Origin: Candidatus Latescibacterota bacterium
GTDB taxonomy: Bacteria > Krumholzibacteriota > Krumholzibacteriia > WVZY01
Reading direction: 5' to 3'
Length of the DNA: 64,000 bases
NCBI GenBank assembly: GCA_963791045.1
Contig: CAWBQK010000011.1
Location: 96,001-160,000 of the forward strand
Shown: piece by piece, positions 40,533-48,839 of the stretch
How positions within the stretch are numbered: the stretch's first letter is position 1
Layout of the letters: every line of letters starts with the position of its first letter
Translations under genes and position numbers: made by a program
The notes under the pieces: generated by a model
Told to the model about the DNA's origin: nothing
The model's database searches: none
What the model saw: only the letters and a program-made list of their open reading frames with translations

Positions 40533-43286
40533 CTAGTTCCCCGTTACAAGAAGCGCCGTCTCCCTGACGACGGGGTGTGGATCCGTGGTTGAATCGACGA
40601 CCAATCGCCGAAGCGACTCCGGAGAGTCTTGCGTCGTACAGTAGATCGCACAGGACTTGAGCCACGGGTCGGTTCCGTTGACCAGGTGTTCGAGTGATTC
40701 ATTGACGTCTCTCAAGGACACGCCGAATAGTTCTCTGCCTTTTTGAATCTTCGCATCGGTGGTGATGTTGTCCATGATCGGGAACAGGTACTTTTTAAGA
40801 TCTTTTTTGAGGATATTGTCGAGGAACTCAACGGCACTCGCACGGATATCCTTCCTGGTACTCACGATTCCAAGATACGCGCTGTAAATTTCCCGCGCGT
40901 GAAAGCGAAGACCCAGAAGTCTGAATATCCGCTCGAGATTCTGATCTATCTTTTCTTCGAGGGCCTTAACGAGAAGCCTGCCTGCCGGAGTATCCGGATA
41001 GCCATCGACACTCAGGACCTGGAGAATCGTGTAGTAGGATCGGGTCTCGTCTATTAGCGTGTCGTTTATCGACTGGTGATCCATCTTGAGGTCGGCATAT
41101 CGGGAGTGCAGCGTATTGAGTGCCTTGATTATATAAAACTTGATTTCACCCTCGACCACGGGGAGAATCGTCGCGAGCGCGTCGACCGAAAACTGGCTCG
41201 GTATACGGCTCAGTACGCGGCAAAGCCGCCCGCGCAGCGGTACGGGGACGGTCCTGTCAACGATGTAATCGCCGAGGGTTCCGATCACACGTTCTCCATA
41301 AGCGACGAGCGCATCCTGAGCCGCGCGTCTGCTCCTCTTGTCGGACACGTGTTCGATGATGTGCTGCACATACTCGCGGTCGCCGGTTTTCCCCGCCGCA
41401 CGAATCGCGCGAGCCGTTACTTCTGGCGACGGGTCTTTCATCAATCTCAGGATGTGACCGCGAAAACCGGGCTTTGCCAGGTAGCCCAGCGCGTCGGCCA
41501 CCTGGCCCCTGACGAACACGCCGCTCTCGCCTTCGCTCTCCAGAAGCGCAGCTATGATGTCTTCGGTGACGAGGTTCCTCGCTTCGAGCGACGCGTCCTC
41601 AGCCGCACACCCGATGGCCGCGGCTCTTATACTCACGTCGGGGTCTTCGAGAAATGTCGCGAGGACATCGAGTTTTTCCGAACCGGCGTGCCGGCAAATA
41701 TAATTGATAGCGTCACGCTGTACTATTGGTGAATCGTCAGTGAGAAGTCCGCGCATCTCTTTTGTGAAATCACCATCCTGGTTCTGGAAAATCCGGGCGG
41801 CCCCGTGACGAACCAATTCCGACGGGTGGGCGAGGAGCGGTTTGATCGCGTCGACGATTTTCGGGTCGACTACATCGCCGAGCAGATCGAGCGCGTAAGC
41901 GATCTGGCGTTCGTTGTCACTTGCCAGCGATGATTCCAACGTTTTGAGTGTCGAGGCCTCGGTAATGTTGGTCCGGAGTTCCGCCGGATCGATTTCGCGC
42001 CGTTCGAGCGCTTTTCGGAACGCGTTGACATACTCCTTGCGGACGAGAAGAGTCAGCGCCAGCCAGATGGAGACAAATACCAGAACGACTATGCTGATCT
42101 CGCGAACGCCGAATGCGAGGACATTCACCAGGAGAAGCAAGATCAGACCGGCAATTCCTCTGAACCACCGATCGACAAACATATCGATAAAGATTTTTGT
42201 TCTCTTTTTGACCTCGAGAGGGACGGGGAGAAAGAGAAGTTCACGCCCCGTCTTATCGATCGAGTATCTAAACACGCCGTCCGACCCTTTGACAAGAATT
42301 CCCGCGAGGAGCCCCGGATAGATGAGCATCGCGATGGTTCCGCCAAGAAGACCGAGCGGGAGAAACATAATGACGCCACCCACGCCAAGCACCCTGAGCA
42401 CCCGGTAGCTGAAGAGCAGTTGAAAAACAAACGCGAGCAGACTCAAGCGGCCGTAAAACTGGCCGAGAAACGATGTGAGTTCCTGTTTTGTGGGAAAGGC
42501 CTCGAGTGAGACCGTTTTGAACTGAAAGTCGACAAAGGTTCCGGTCGCCATGGTCATTGCGATGATGCCGACGATGAGCATCAGGTGACGCGATCTTTTG
42601 AGCGTCCGGAATATTTCCGCGTAGCTCTCCTTCTTCTCGTCTCTGTCCCTGCTCCGCGTGGGGCGGGGGAGTTCATGTTCACCGCGGCGCTTGAGTGTCC
42701 AGACGGCATTGACCAGCAGCATGCAGACGGCCAGAAACACCATACAGAAAAAGAGGAGATTTTCGGTCGATACATTCAGATGAGTGATGACCAGGCTTGT
42801 GATTTCACCGCCCGAGAACGCGCCAATGATACCGCCGAGGCCAAAAAGAACGAACAACCGTTTGGCCTGTGTCGCGTCGAAAACGGCATTGGCGAACAGC
42901 CAAAACTGCGAGGTGGAGAGCGCCCCGTAGATGCTTACCCACACATAAAAGAGATAGAACACCCACGGCTCTTGAAAGGTGAGAAGCCATCTCAATATGA
43001 ACAAGTTGACGATCAGTATCAGCGCCGTGGCGTTTATCAGCTGGTTGAGTTTGAGCGATCGGCTGGCGCGAGAGTAAAGCGTGGTCACCGGAACGACTAT
43101 TACCGCGATCAGAATAAAAACGAGCGGGAGCTGATGCGCTCCGAGTTTGACGAGAAAGAGGCTGTCCCTCGCTGGTTTCAAGAAGTAATAGGTGACGAGG
43201 AGCAGGTAGTAATAAAAGAACATCAGGAGAGTCAGTGTGACCTCTCCCTTTCGGATGTCGATTATCGAGGCAAAGAAGCGTTTCAT
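40533..43286 (-). CDS. NTT/TLC (Npt1/Npt2-like) nucleotide transporter fused to HEAT repeats
   Basis: 'YYFLKPARDSLFL', 'SQFWLFAN', 'QAKRLF', 'RYSIDK..ELLFLP..K.FID'; C-terminal HEAT repeats ('DPDVSIRAAA', 'DPHPVVRETA'). Confidence 0.9.
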   Translation of the reverse strand: MKRFFASIIDIRKGEVTLTLLMFFYYYLLLVTYYFLKPARDSLFLVKLGAHQLPLVFILIAVIVVPVTTLYSRASRSLKLNQLINATALILIVNLFILRWLLTFQEPWVFYLFYVWVSIYGALSTSQFWLFANAVFDATQAKRLFVLFGLGGIIGAFSGGEITSLVITHLNVSTENLLFFCMVFLAVCMLLVNAVWTLKRRGEHELPRPTRSRDRDEKKESYAEIFRTLKRSRHLMLIVGIIAMTMATGTFVDFQFKTVSLEAFPTKQELTSFLGQFYGRLSLLAFVFQLLFSYRVLRVLGVGGVIMFLPLGLLGGTIAMLIYPGLLAGILVKGSDGVFRYSIDKTGRELLFLPVPLEVKKRTKIFIDMFVDRWFRGIAGLILLLLVNVLAFGVREISIVVLVFVSIWLALTLLVRKEYVNAFRKALERREIDPAELRTNITEASTLKTLESSLASDNERQIAYALDLLGDVVDPKIVDAIKPLLAHPSELVRHGAARIFQNQDGDFTKEMRGLLTDDSPIVQRDAINYICRHAGSEKLDVLATFLEDPDVSIRAAAIGCAAEDASLEARNLVTEDIIAALLESEGESGVFVRGQVADALGYLAKPGFRGHILRLMKDPSPEVTARAIRAAGKTGDREYVQHIIEHVSDKRSRRAAQDALVAYGERVIGTLGDYIVDRTVPVPLRGRLCRVLSRIPSQFSVDALATILPVVEGEIKFYIIKALNTLHSRYADLKMDHQSINDTLIDETRSYYTILQVLSVDGYPDTPAGRLLVKALEEKIDQNLERIFRLLGLRFHAREIYSAYLGIVSTRKDIRASAVEFLDNILKKDLKKYLFPIMDNITTDAKIQKGRELFGVSLRDVNESLEHLVNGTDPWLKSCAIYCTTQDSPESLRRLVVDSTTDPHPVVRETALLVTGN

Positions 43287-44543
43287 CGTGACGAGTGCGC
43301 CGCAGTTGCGGGGATGATTATCTGTTCGATGAGTACGGCCGGAGTGTTTGACTTGTCCGGCACTTCATAAACATCGATAGTGATTGCCTCCGAGGATACC
43401 CGAACAAGGCAATAATTGTATACCACGTCTTGTTTTATGTTCGCCACATCAAACCCATATTCCATATAGGCCAGGGACTGCTCCGCCATTTGCTTTTCGT
43501 TGGCGCCGGGTTGAAGCGGTGAGCCCGCCCCACCGCTTATGAGGACGTGCATGTCCGCCGCGAGCGGAGTGTCGTCGACCGCATTCAAAACATTATGTTC
43601 GTAGAGGTGCTGGTGGCTCGAGATGACCGTCTGCACACCGTGCTCGACAAGAAGATCGATGAGCGCCCGGCGCTTCTCGACGATGTTCCTCCCGTTCGCC
43701 GGGTCCGTCCAGTTGCCGTAGTGCCCCGCGAATACCAATGGCGGATGGTGCATGACGATTACCTTGAATGTTTTGTGGCTTGCGGAAAGCTCATTCTCGA
43801 GCCACGCGGGTTCGCCGCCGCTGCTTACAAACCATTTCTCGAACAGCTCGTCCTGGAGATCGTCATCCATGAGCTGGTGTTGATCGATAATGATATCCGA
43901 ATCGACGACAAAGAAATCGGCGTCCGGGGTTTTAAAAACATAAAACGGCTCGTAATCAAAAACCGCTTTGTAATTGGGCATTCCATAAACCGAATCGTTT
44001 GCGTGTTCGTGATTCCCGATGACCGGCAAAAGCGGGTATTCGAGAACGAGCGGGACTTCGAACTTGTTCTGATCGATAAAAGATTTCCACATGTGAGGGT
44101 AACGGCCGTCGGTCGCGATGTCGCCGAGATGCATGATGAAATCAACAGAGGAGCGTTTCGCTTCAGAATAAACGGCGTCCCGCACACGGCGCGCCTGTTT
44201 ATCGCCGTAGTCGGGGACGTTACGGATACCGTTGACACCGCCGATGGCTCCGTTGCCCAGCCAGTACATCTGATAGACGGGAATCAGAATCTGCTTCCAT
44301 GTCCACCAGTTCTTTTTGCGGTAGAACGACTCCTTGACTCGCCAGCCGGGGCGGCTGTCCCCGTAGAAGATGAAGGTTGGATTGTGGGGAAGCGAATTGG
44401 TCTCCAACAGACGTGGTATCTCGTAATAGTCGGGGGAATACGTGTCGCTGAGCAGCCCTTTGCCGGCGACGGGCCGGCCCCCCCATCGCGGTGCAAACGC
44501 ATATGGTCATAATTATGAGACGTGTCGAGCCGGCGAGGGTCAT
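43283..44543 (-). CDS. Metallophosphoesterase (calcineurin-like), probably exported; frameshift in the C7 run at 44478-44484
   Basis: YGDSR, HLGD, GNHE, MHHP, SHQHLYE; removing one base joins a signal-like N-terminus (MTLAGSTRLIIMTICVCTAMG) to ORF 43283-44407. Confidence 0.85.
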
Positions 44544-44774
44544 GGAAGTGTCCTTTCGTGGAGTCTTTTCACAATAATGACAACAGGATACGGCTGGTGC
44601 AACCCGATCTTGATAAAATCGTAGAAAATGGAGTATATTGGGTCGGTTCTGGGCGCCCCCCTTTTTGTGGGATTGTCAATCGATGCTCTGAATCTTCCTA
44701 TGTCCTATTTATTATAGATATATCTGATAAACAACCAATATGTCGTATGCCAGCGGCAGCCATCCGATTCTTCA

Positions 44775-44801
44775 CAACCTTTTTGTCTTACCGAAGTCTA
44801 A
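44775..44801 (+). promoter_or_regulatory. Candidate ECF-type promoter upstream of the sigma gene
   Basis: CAACCT-N16-TCTAA, similar to RpoE-type GAACTT-N16-TCTAA. Confidence 0.45.
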
Positions 44802-44826
44802 CGATTTGACGTTGGGAAATAACTTG

Positions 44827-45405
44827 GTGGAACCTAGCGATCGAGAATTGGCATCCCGAGCCCAGAAGGGAGACACCGGTGCTTTTGAGGTGTTGGTACA
44901 TCGTTATGACGGAAAGGTGCTCTCGATCGCACATTCTTTTACCAACGACCCGGACGACGCGAAAGACATTTATCAGGAAGTATTCTTAAGGGTGTACAGG
45001 GCCCTTCCGGGGTTTCGGTTTGGAAGCGAATTTTCAACTTGGCTACACAGGATTGTCATGAACGTTTGTTTAAGTCATAAGAGAAAGAAGTCGGCCTCGT
45101 CTCATGCGCCGCTCGACGCCGTGCCCGAACGCGAGATCGATGAGGGCCAGGGCGGTCTTATCTCGGGATCGAGGACAATTTCTCCGGACCGGCTTGCGCA
45201 TGATGATGAAATCAGACGATACGTCAGCGCCGCGGTTGAAACGCTTTCACCAAAAGAGAAGCTTGTTTTTACGCTCAAGCATTTTGAGGGGTACAAGATC
45301 CGCGAGATAGCGGAAATCATGGGATGTGGTGAGGGGACGGCAAAGCGATACCTGTTCACCGCCGTTGAAAAAATGAGAAACAAACTCAAGAGAGTTTATC
45401 GTTAG
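44827..45405 (+). CDS. ECF RNA polymerase sigma factor
   Basis: 'GDTGAFEVLVHRY', 'DIYQEVFLRV', 'FSTWLHRI', region 4 'EIAEIMG..GTAK'; start approximate. Confidence 0.93.
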   Translation: MEPSDRELASRAQKGDTGAFEVLVHRYDGKVLSIAHSFTNDPDDAKDIYQEVFLRVYRALPGFRFGSEFSTWLHRIVMNVCLSHKRKKSASSHAPLDAVPEREIDEGQGGLISGSRTISPDRLAHDDEIRRYVSAAVETLSPKEKLVFTLKHFEGYKIREIAEIMGCGEGTAKRYLFTAVEKMRNKLKRVYR

Positions 45406-45424
45406 GAGCCCAAGAGGCAGACCG

Positions 45425-46450
45425 ATGAAACACGACACCTTCAAAGAATTGATGCGGCTGGCGGTTCTCGACGAGCTCGGCGAAGAGGGGCGGAAGTCTC
45501 TCGAGGGGCATCTCGATGATTGCGCCGAATGCAGAGCCGAGTTCGTGGAGCTCGAGTCGCTCGTGACATTGGTTGGGGAAAGCAGGGCAGCCGAACCATC
45601 AGATGAAATGTTGTGGGAGGCACGCCGGAATCTTAGCGCGGCGCTGGCGGATGAGCCCGTGCCTGGCGTTCAACCGGCGGAGTCGCTATTAAAACGTCTG
45701 ACGCAGGGCATGGCGTGGTCAGGTTCGCGCTCTGCTGTTTCCCCGACCTCTGGAGTTTCAAGCTGGGTCCGCGGTTTCCGCGTGACGTTTGCCGGTGCGG
45801 CGGCCGTGGCGGCCGGCGTTCTTATCGGGTATCTCGCCTTTGGGCGGGTGGCCCCCTCTGCCGTGGATCCGACGCCGGTTGAAACGACACAGCTGGACGA
45901 CCTATTGGGTAAACCAAATTACCGGAATGTGCGGTTCGTGAACGTCGATCCGCGCAATGGCGAAGTTGAGTTCGAGTACGATGTTGTAAGGCCCGCGCGG
46001 TTCAAGGCGGGGATTGATGACAAGCGGGTTCAGCGCCTGCTGGCCAACGTCGTGACAAGCGAAGGCAACCCGGGGGCGCGGCTGGAAGCGATCAACACCA
46101 TCGGGGCTTATATCGAAGAGCCCAAGGATGACAAGATCAAGCAGGCGCTCGTCCATGCAGCTCGATTCGACGCCAACCCGGGTGTGAGAAAGCACGCGTT
46201 GTACGTTCTCTATCAAATGCCATTCGATGACGATATAAAAGAAGCCTGCCTGCATGTTTTGGGCAATGACAATAATGCTGGGTTGCGGATTGCGGCGATA
46301 AACATCCTCGCCGCGGCGACCCTGGATGGACATCTCGAAAACCGGGATCTCTCCGACGCCGTCGGAGCAGACCTCGCGCGCGATGAGAACAAGTTTATCA
46401 AAACTCAGTACGGAGAGTTTCTACAGGAGGTGAACGGCAATGGTGAATAA
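45425..46450 (+). CDS. Anti-sigma factor (zf-HC2, TM, HEAT-like periplasmic domain)
   Basis: HLDDCAEC (HxxxCxxC), one TM, repeats NPGARLEA / NPGVRKHA / NAGLRIAA. Confidence 0.85.
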   Translation: MKHDTFKELMRLAVLDELGEEGRKSLEGHLDDCAECRAEFVELESLVTLVGESRAAEPSDEMLWEARRNLSAALADEPVPGVQPAESLLKRLTQGMAWSGSRSAVSPTSGVSSWVRGFRVTFAGAAAVAAGVLIGYLAFGRVAPSAVDPTPVETTQLDDLLGKPNYRNVRFVNVDPRNGEVEFEYDVVRPARFKAGIDDKRVQRLLANVVTSEGNPGARLEAINTIGAYIEEPKDDKIKQALVHAARFDANPGVRKHALYVLYQMPFDDDIKEACLHVLGNDNNAGLRIAAINILAAATLDGHLENRDLSDAVGADLARDENKFIKTQYGEFLQEVNGNGE

Positions 46451-47591
46451 ACAGCTGCGATACGGTCTGATGATCGTCTCGGCGTTTGTCATCCTCGCGT
46501 TCGTTGCGGTAACGGCGGGCGATGCAGACACTAAAGACAAATCATTCCCCGTGAAGAAGGGTGGAACCCTTATCGTAGATATCGAGAATGCCGGCGCGGA
46601 TATTCTTGTCAACACGTGGAGCAAAGGTGAAGTCCACGTGCAGGTTATGGGAATTTCCGGCGACGATCTCGGCGATCTCGATATGAGTGAAAGCGGCAAC
46701 ACGGTAACCGTCGAGTTCTACGGAGAGGGCGGATGGGGTAGATCGCGTCAGATGCGGTTTACGATCAGTGTTCCCGAGGCTTTCAATCTCGATCTCTCGA
46801 CTTCGGGTGGCGACATCGTGGTCAGTGACCCGATAAAGGGCGATGTCGAAGCGGCGACTTCCGGTGGAGATGTCGAAGTCGATGTGGTTGATGGAAAGCT
46901 CAGACTTAAAACCTCGGGCGGCGATATTTCCGCTGAAGATGTTCTCCAGGACGCGTCGCTCAAGACTTCTGGCGGCGACATCGAAGTTGGAAACGTCAAA
47001 GGCGAACTCTCGGCGGCAACGGCCGGTGGTGATATCAATATCGGCACGGTTGATGCGGATCTCAGCGCCGCGACGGCGGGTGGCGACATTACAATCCTCA
47101 ATGTCGGCGGGAACGCGAAAATCGCGACGGCCGGCGGTGACATCGAGGTCGGCGAGGTTTCGGGGAGCGCCACTCTCAAGACGGCCGGAGGAGACATCGA
47201 ACTTGGCGGCGCGAGCGGAACGGTAGCGGCGAAGACGGCCGGTGGCGACATCGAATGTTTCAAGATCACCGGATCCGTTGATGCGGCGACCGCCGGCGGC
47301 GATGTCTACGCGGAGCTCGATCCCAAAGGGAACCAGGCGAGCAGTCTCGAGACCAGTGGTGGTGACGTGACGCTCGTGATACCCGCGGGAGCCGACGCGA
47401 CTATCGATGCGCGGATCCGTCTGCGGGGACGCCACTACGACGAAGAAGATTACGACATTACCTCGGATTTCAAGGCCAAGTCGCACGACAAGACTTCCAA
47501 GGATATCCAGGCGAGTTACGTGCTCGGAAAGGGTGGTCCGCGGATCACGCTGGACACCGTCAACGGCAACATTGAGATTAGGAAAAAGTAG
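46440..47591 (+). CDS. DUF4097 beta-strand repeat exported protein
   Basis: Signal peptide, 11 T(S/A)GGD(I/V) units mostly 18 aa apart, ends 'LDTVNGNIEIRK'. Confidence 0.88.
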   Translation: MVNKQLRYGLMIVSAFVILAFVAVTAGDADTKDKSFPVKKGGTLIVDIENAGADILVNTWSKGEVHVQVMGISGDDLGDLDMSESGNTVTVEFYGEGGWGRSRQMRFTISVPEAFNLDLSTSGGDIVVSDPIKGDVEAATSGGDVEVDVVDGKLRLKTSGGDISAEDVLQDASLKTSGGDIEVGNVKGELSAATAGGDINIGTVDADLSAATAGGDITILNVGGNAKIATAGGDIEVGEVSGSATLKTAGGDIELGGASGTVAAKTAGGDIECFKITGSVDAATAGGDVYAELDPKGNQASSLETSGGDVTLVIPAGADATIDARIRLRGRHYDEEDYDITSDFKAKSHDKTSKDIQASYVLGKGGPRITLDTVNGNIEIRKK

Positions 47592-47646
47592 CTGGTCCAA
47601 TTGACCAACGGAGAAGACGGGTCCGATGGGCCCGGAGACCAACCGG

Positions 47647-47680
47647 GAAGGGCGGCGCCACACGCGCCGCCCTTTCTTTA
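47647..47680 (+). terminator. Probable intrinsic terminator
   Basis: GAAGGGCGGCGC-CACAC-GCGCCGCCCTTTC then TTT. Confidence 0.65.
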
Positions 47681-47731
47681 CAAGGAGTTCGGCCACTTGT
47701 CATTGCGGCCGAAGTGTGCTTAGATTGACGG

Positions 47732-48835
47732 ATGCAAATCCAAATCCTGGTCGACTCCGGAGAGTTCTGGCAGAGTCTTAAGGAAGATATCCGCCGGGCG
47801 AAGCAGCACATCTATGTGCAAACACTCTCCTTTGAGGGAGACCGGGTCGGTTCCGGACTCGTGCAGTCGTTGATCTCCTCGGGCGCGGCGGATCGCAGAG
47901 TCCTTGCGGATGATTTCTTCACGCGTCACCGTATCAACGACAAACTTCTGTGTAACCCGAAAAACTGGTTCGACGCGAGTCTCCGTAAGGAACGCGACGA
48001 GACTTTTTCGCTCGTCGACGTGCTCGAATCAAACGGCTGCAAGTTCAAGCTCACCTGTCCGTCCGGTTTTCTTCTCTCGCGATTTCTCCATCGCAATCAC
48101 AAAAAGATCGTGGTCATAGACGATCGTGTCGCTTATATCGGCGGGATAAATTTTGCCGAACATAATTTCGAATGGCACGATATGATGCTTCGGATCGAGG
48201 ACCCCTCGGTCGCACGGTTTCTTCGCGATGATTTCTTGAAAACATGGGACGGCAAGGAGGAAGCCGCACACGGGCGCTACGGCGGTATCGATATGTTCGG
48301 TTTTGACGGGGCGACCAACGAGCGTGCGTTCGAGCCGATTCTTGAGATGATTGGCGGGGCAAAAGAATCGATATACGTGATGAGCCCGTATGTCACGTAT
48401 CCGTTTTTTGGGGCTTTTCGGCGGGCGGTGAAGAATGGGGCTCGCGTTACTCTGGTGGCTCCCGTGGAGAACAACTGGGCGTTCCTGAAGCAATACGCGA
48501 CATGGGAAAGCGCCCGGAGCGGAATCGATGTCTATTTGTATCCGGACGGAATGACTCATCTAAAAGCGATGCTTATCGACGACCGGCGCCTCGTTGTCGG
48601 CTCGTCAAATTTTGACTTTCTCAGTTGGCAATACATGCATGAAATCGTCACGGTTGTTGACGATGCCAATACAATTTCAGAATTTAAAAAGAGAATACTC
48701 ATCCCCGATCTCGAACGATCGACCTTGTACGAAGGCAGTGTGAGCAATATCACCGGCTGGTATCATCATATGTGTTTGAGGGGGCTCACCCGGCTGTATT
48801 CATCGTTGGCGTGGCTGTCAGCTATTGGGAGGTAA
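47732..48835 (+). CDS. Cardiolipin synthase-like phospholipase D
   Basis: Two complete HKD motifs: NHKKIVVIDD..GGIN and THLKAMLIDD..GSSN. Confidence 0.9.
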   Translation: MQIQILVDSGEFWQSLKEDIRRAKQHIYVQTLSFEGDRVGSGLVQSLISSGAADRRVLADDFFTRHRINDKLLCNPKNWFDASLRKERDETFSLVDVLESNGCKFKLTCPSGFLLSRFLHRNHKKIVVIDDRVAYIGGINFAEHNFEWHDMMLRIEDPSVARFLRDDFLKTWDGKEEAAHGRYGGIDMFGFDGATNERAFEPILEMIGGAKESIYVMSPYVTYPFFGAFRRAVKNGARVTLVAPVENNWAFLKQYATWESARSGIDVYLYPDGMTHLKAMLIDDRRLVVGSSNFDFLSWQYMHEIVTVVDDANTISEFKKRILIPDLERSTLYEGSVSNITGWYHHMCLRGLTRLYSSLAWLSAIGR

Positions 48836-48839
48836 CATC

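Noticed and set aside
46542-47696. Long antisense ORF and ~54-bp periodic repeats as a possible CRISPR or tandem array
   Set aside because: Periodicity is the TxGGD protein repeat; units differ at synonymous sites and there is no repeat-spacer structure
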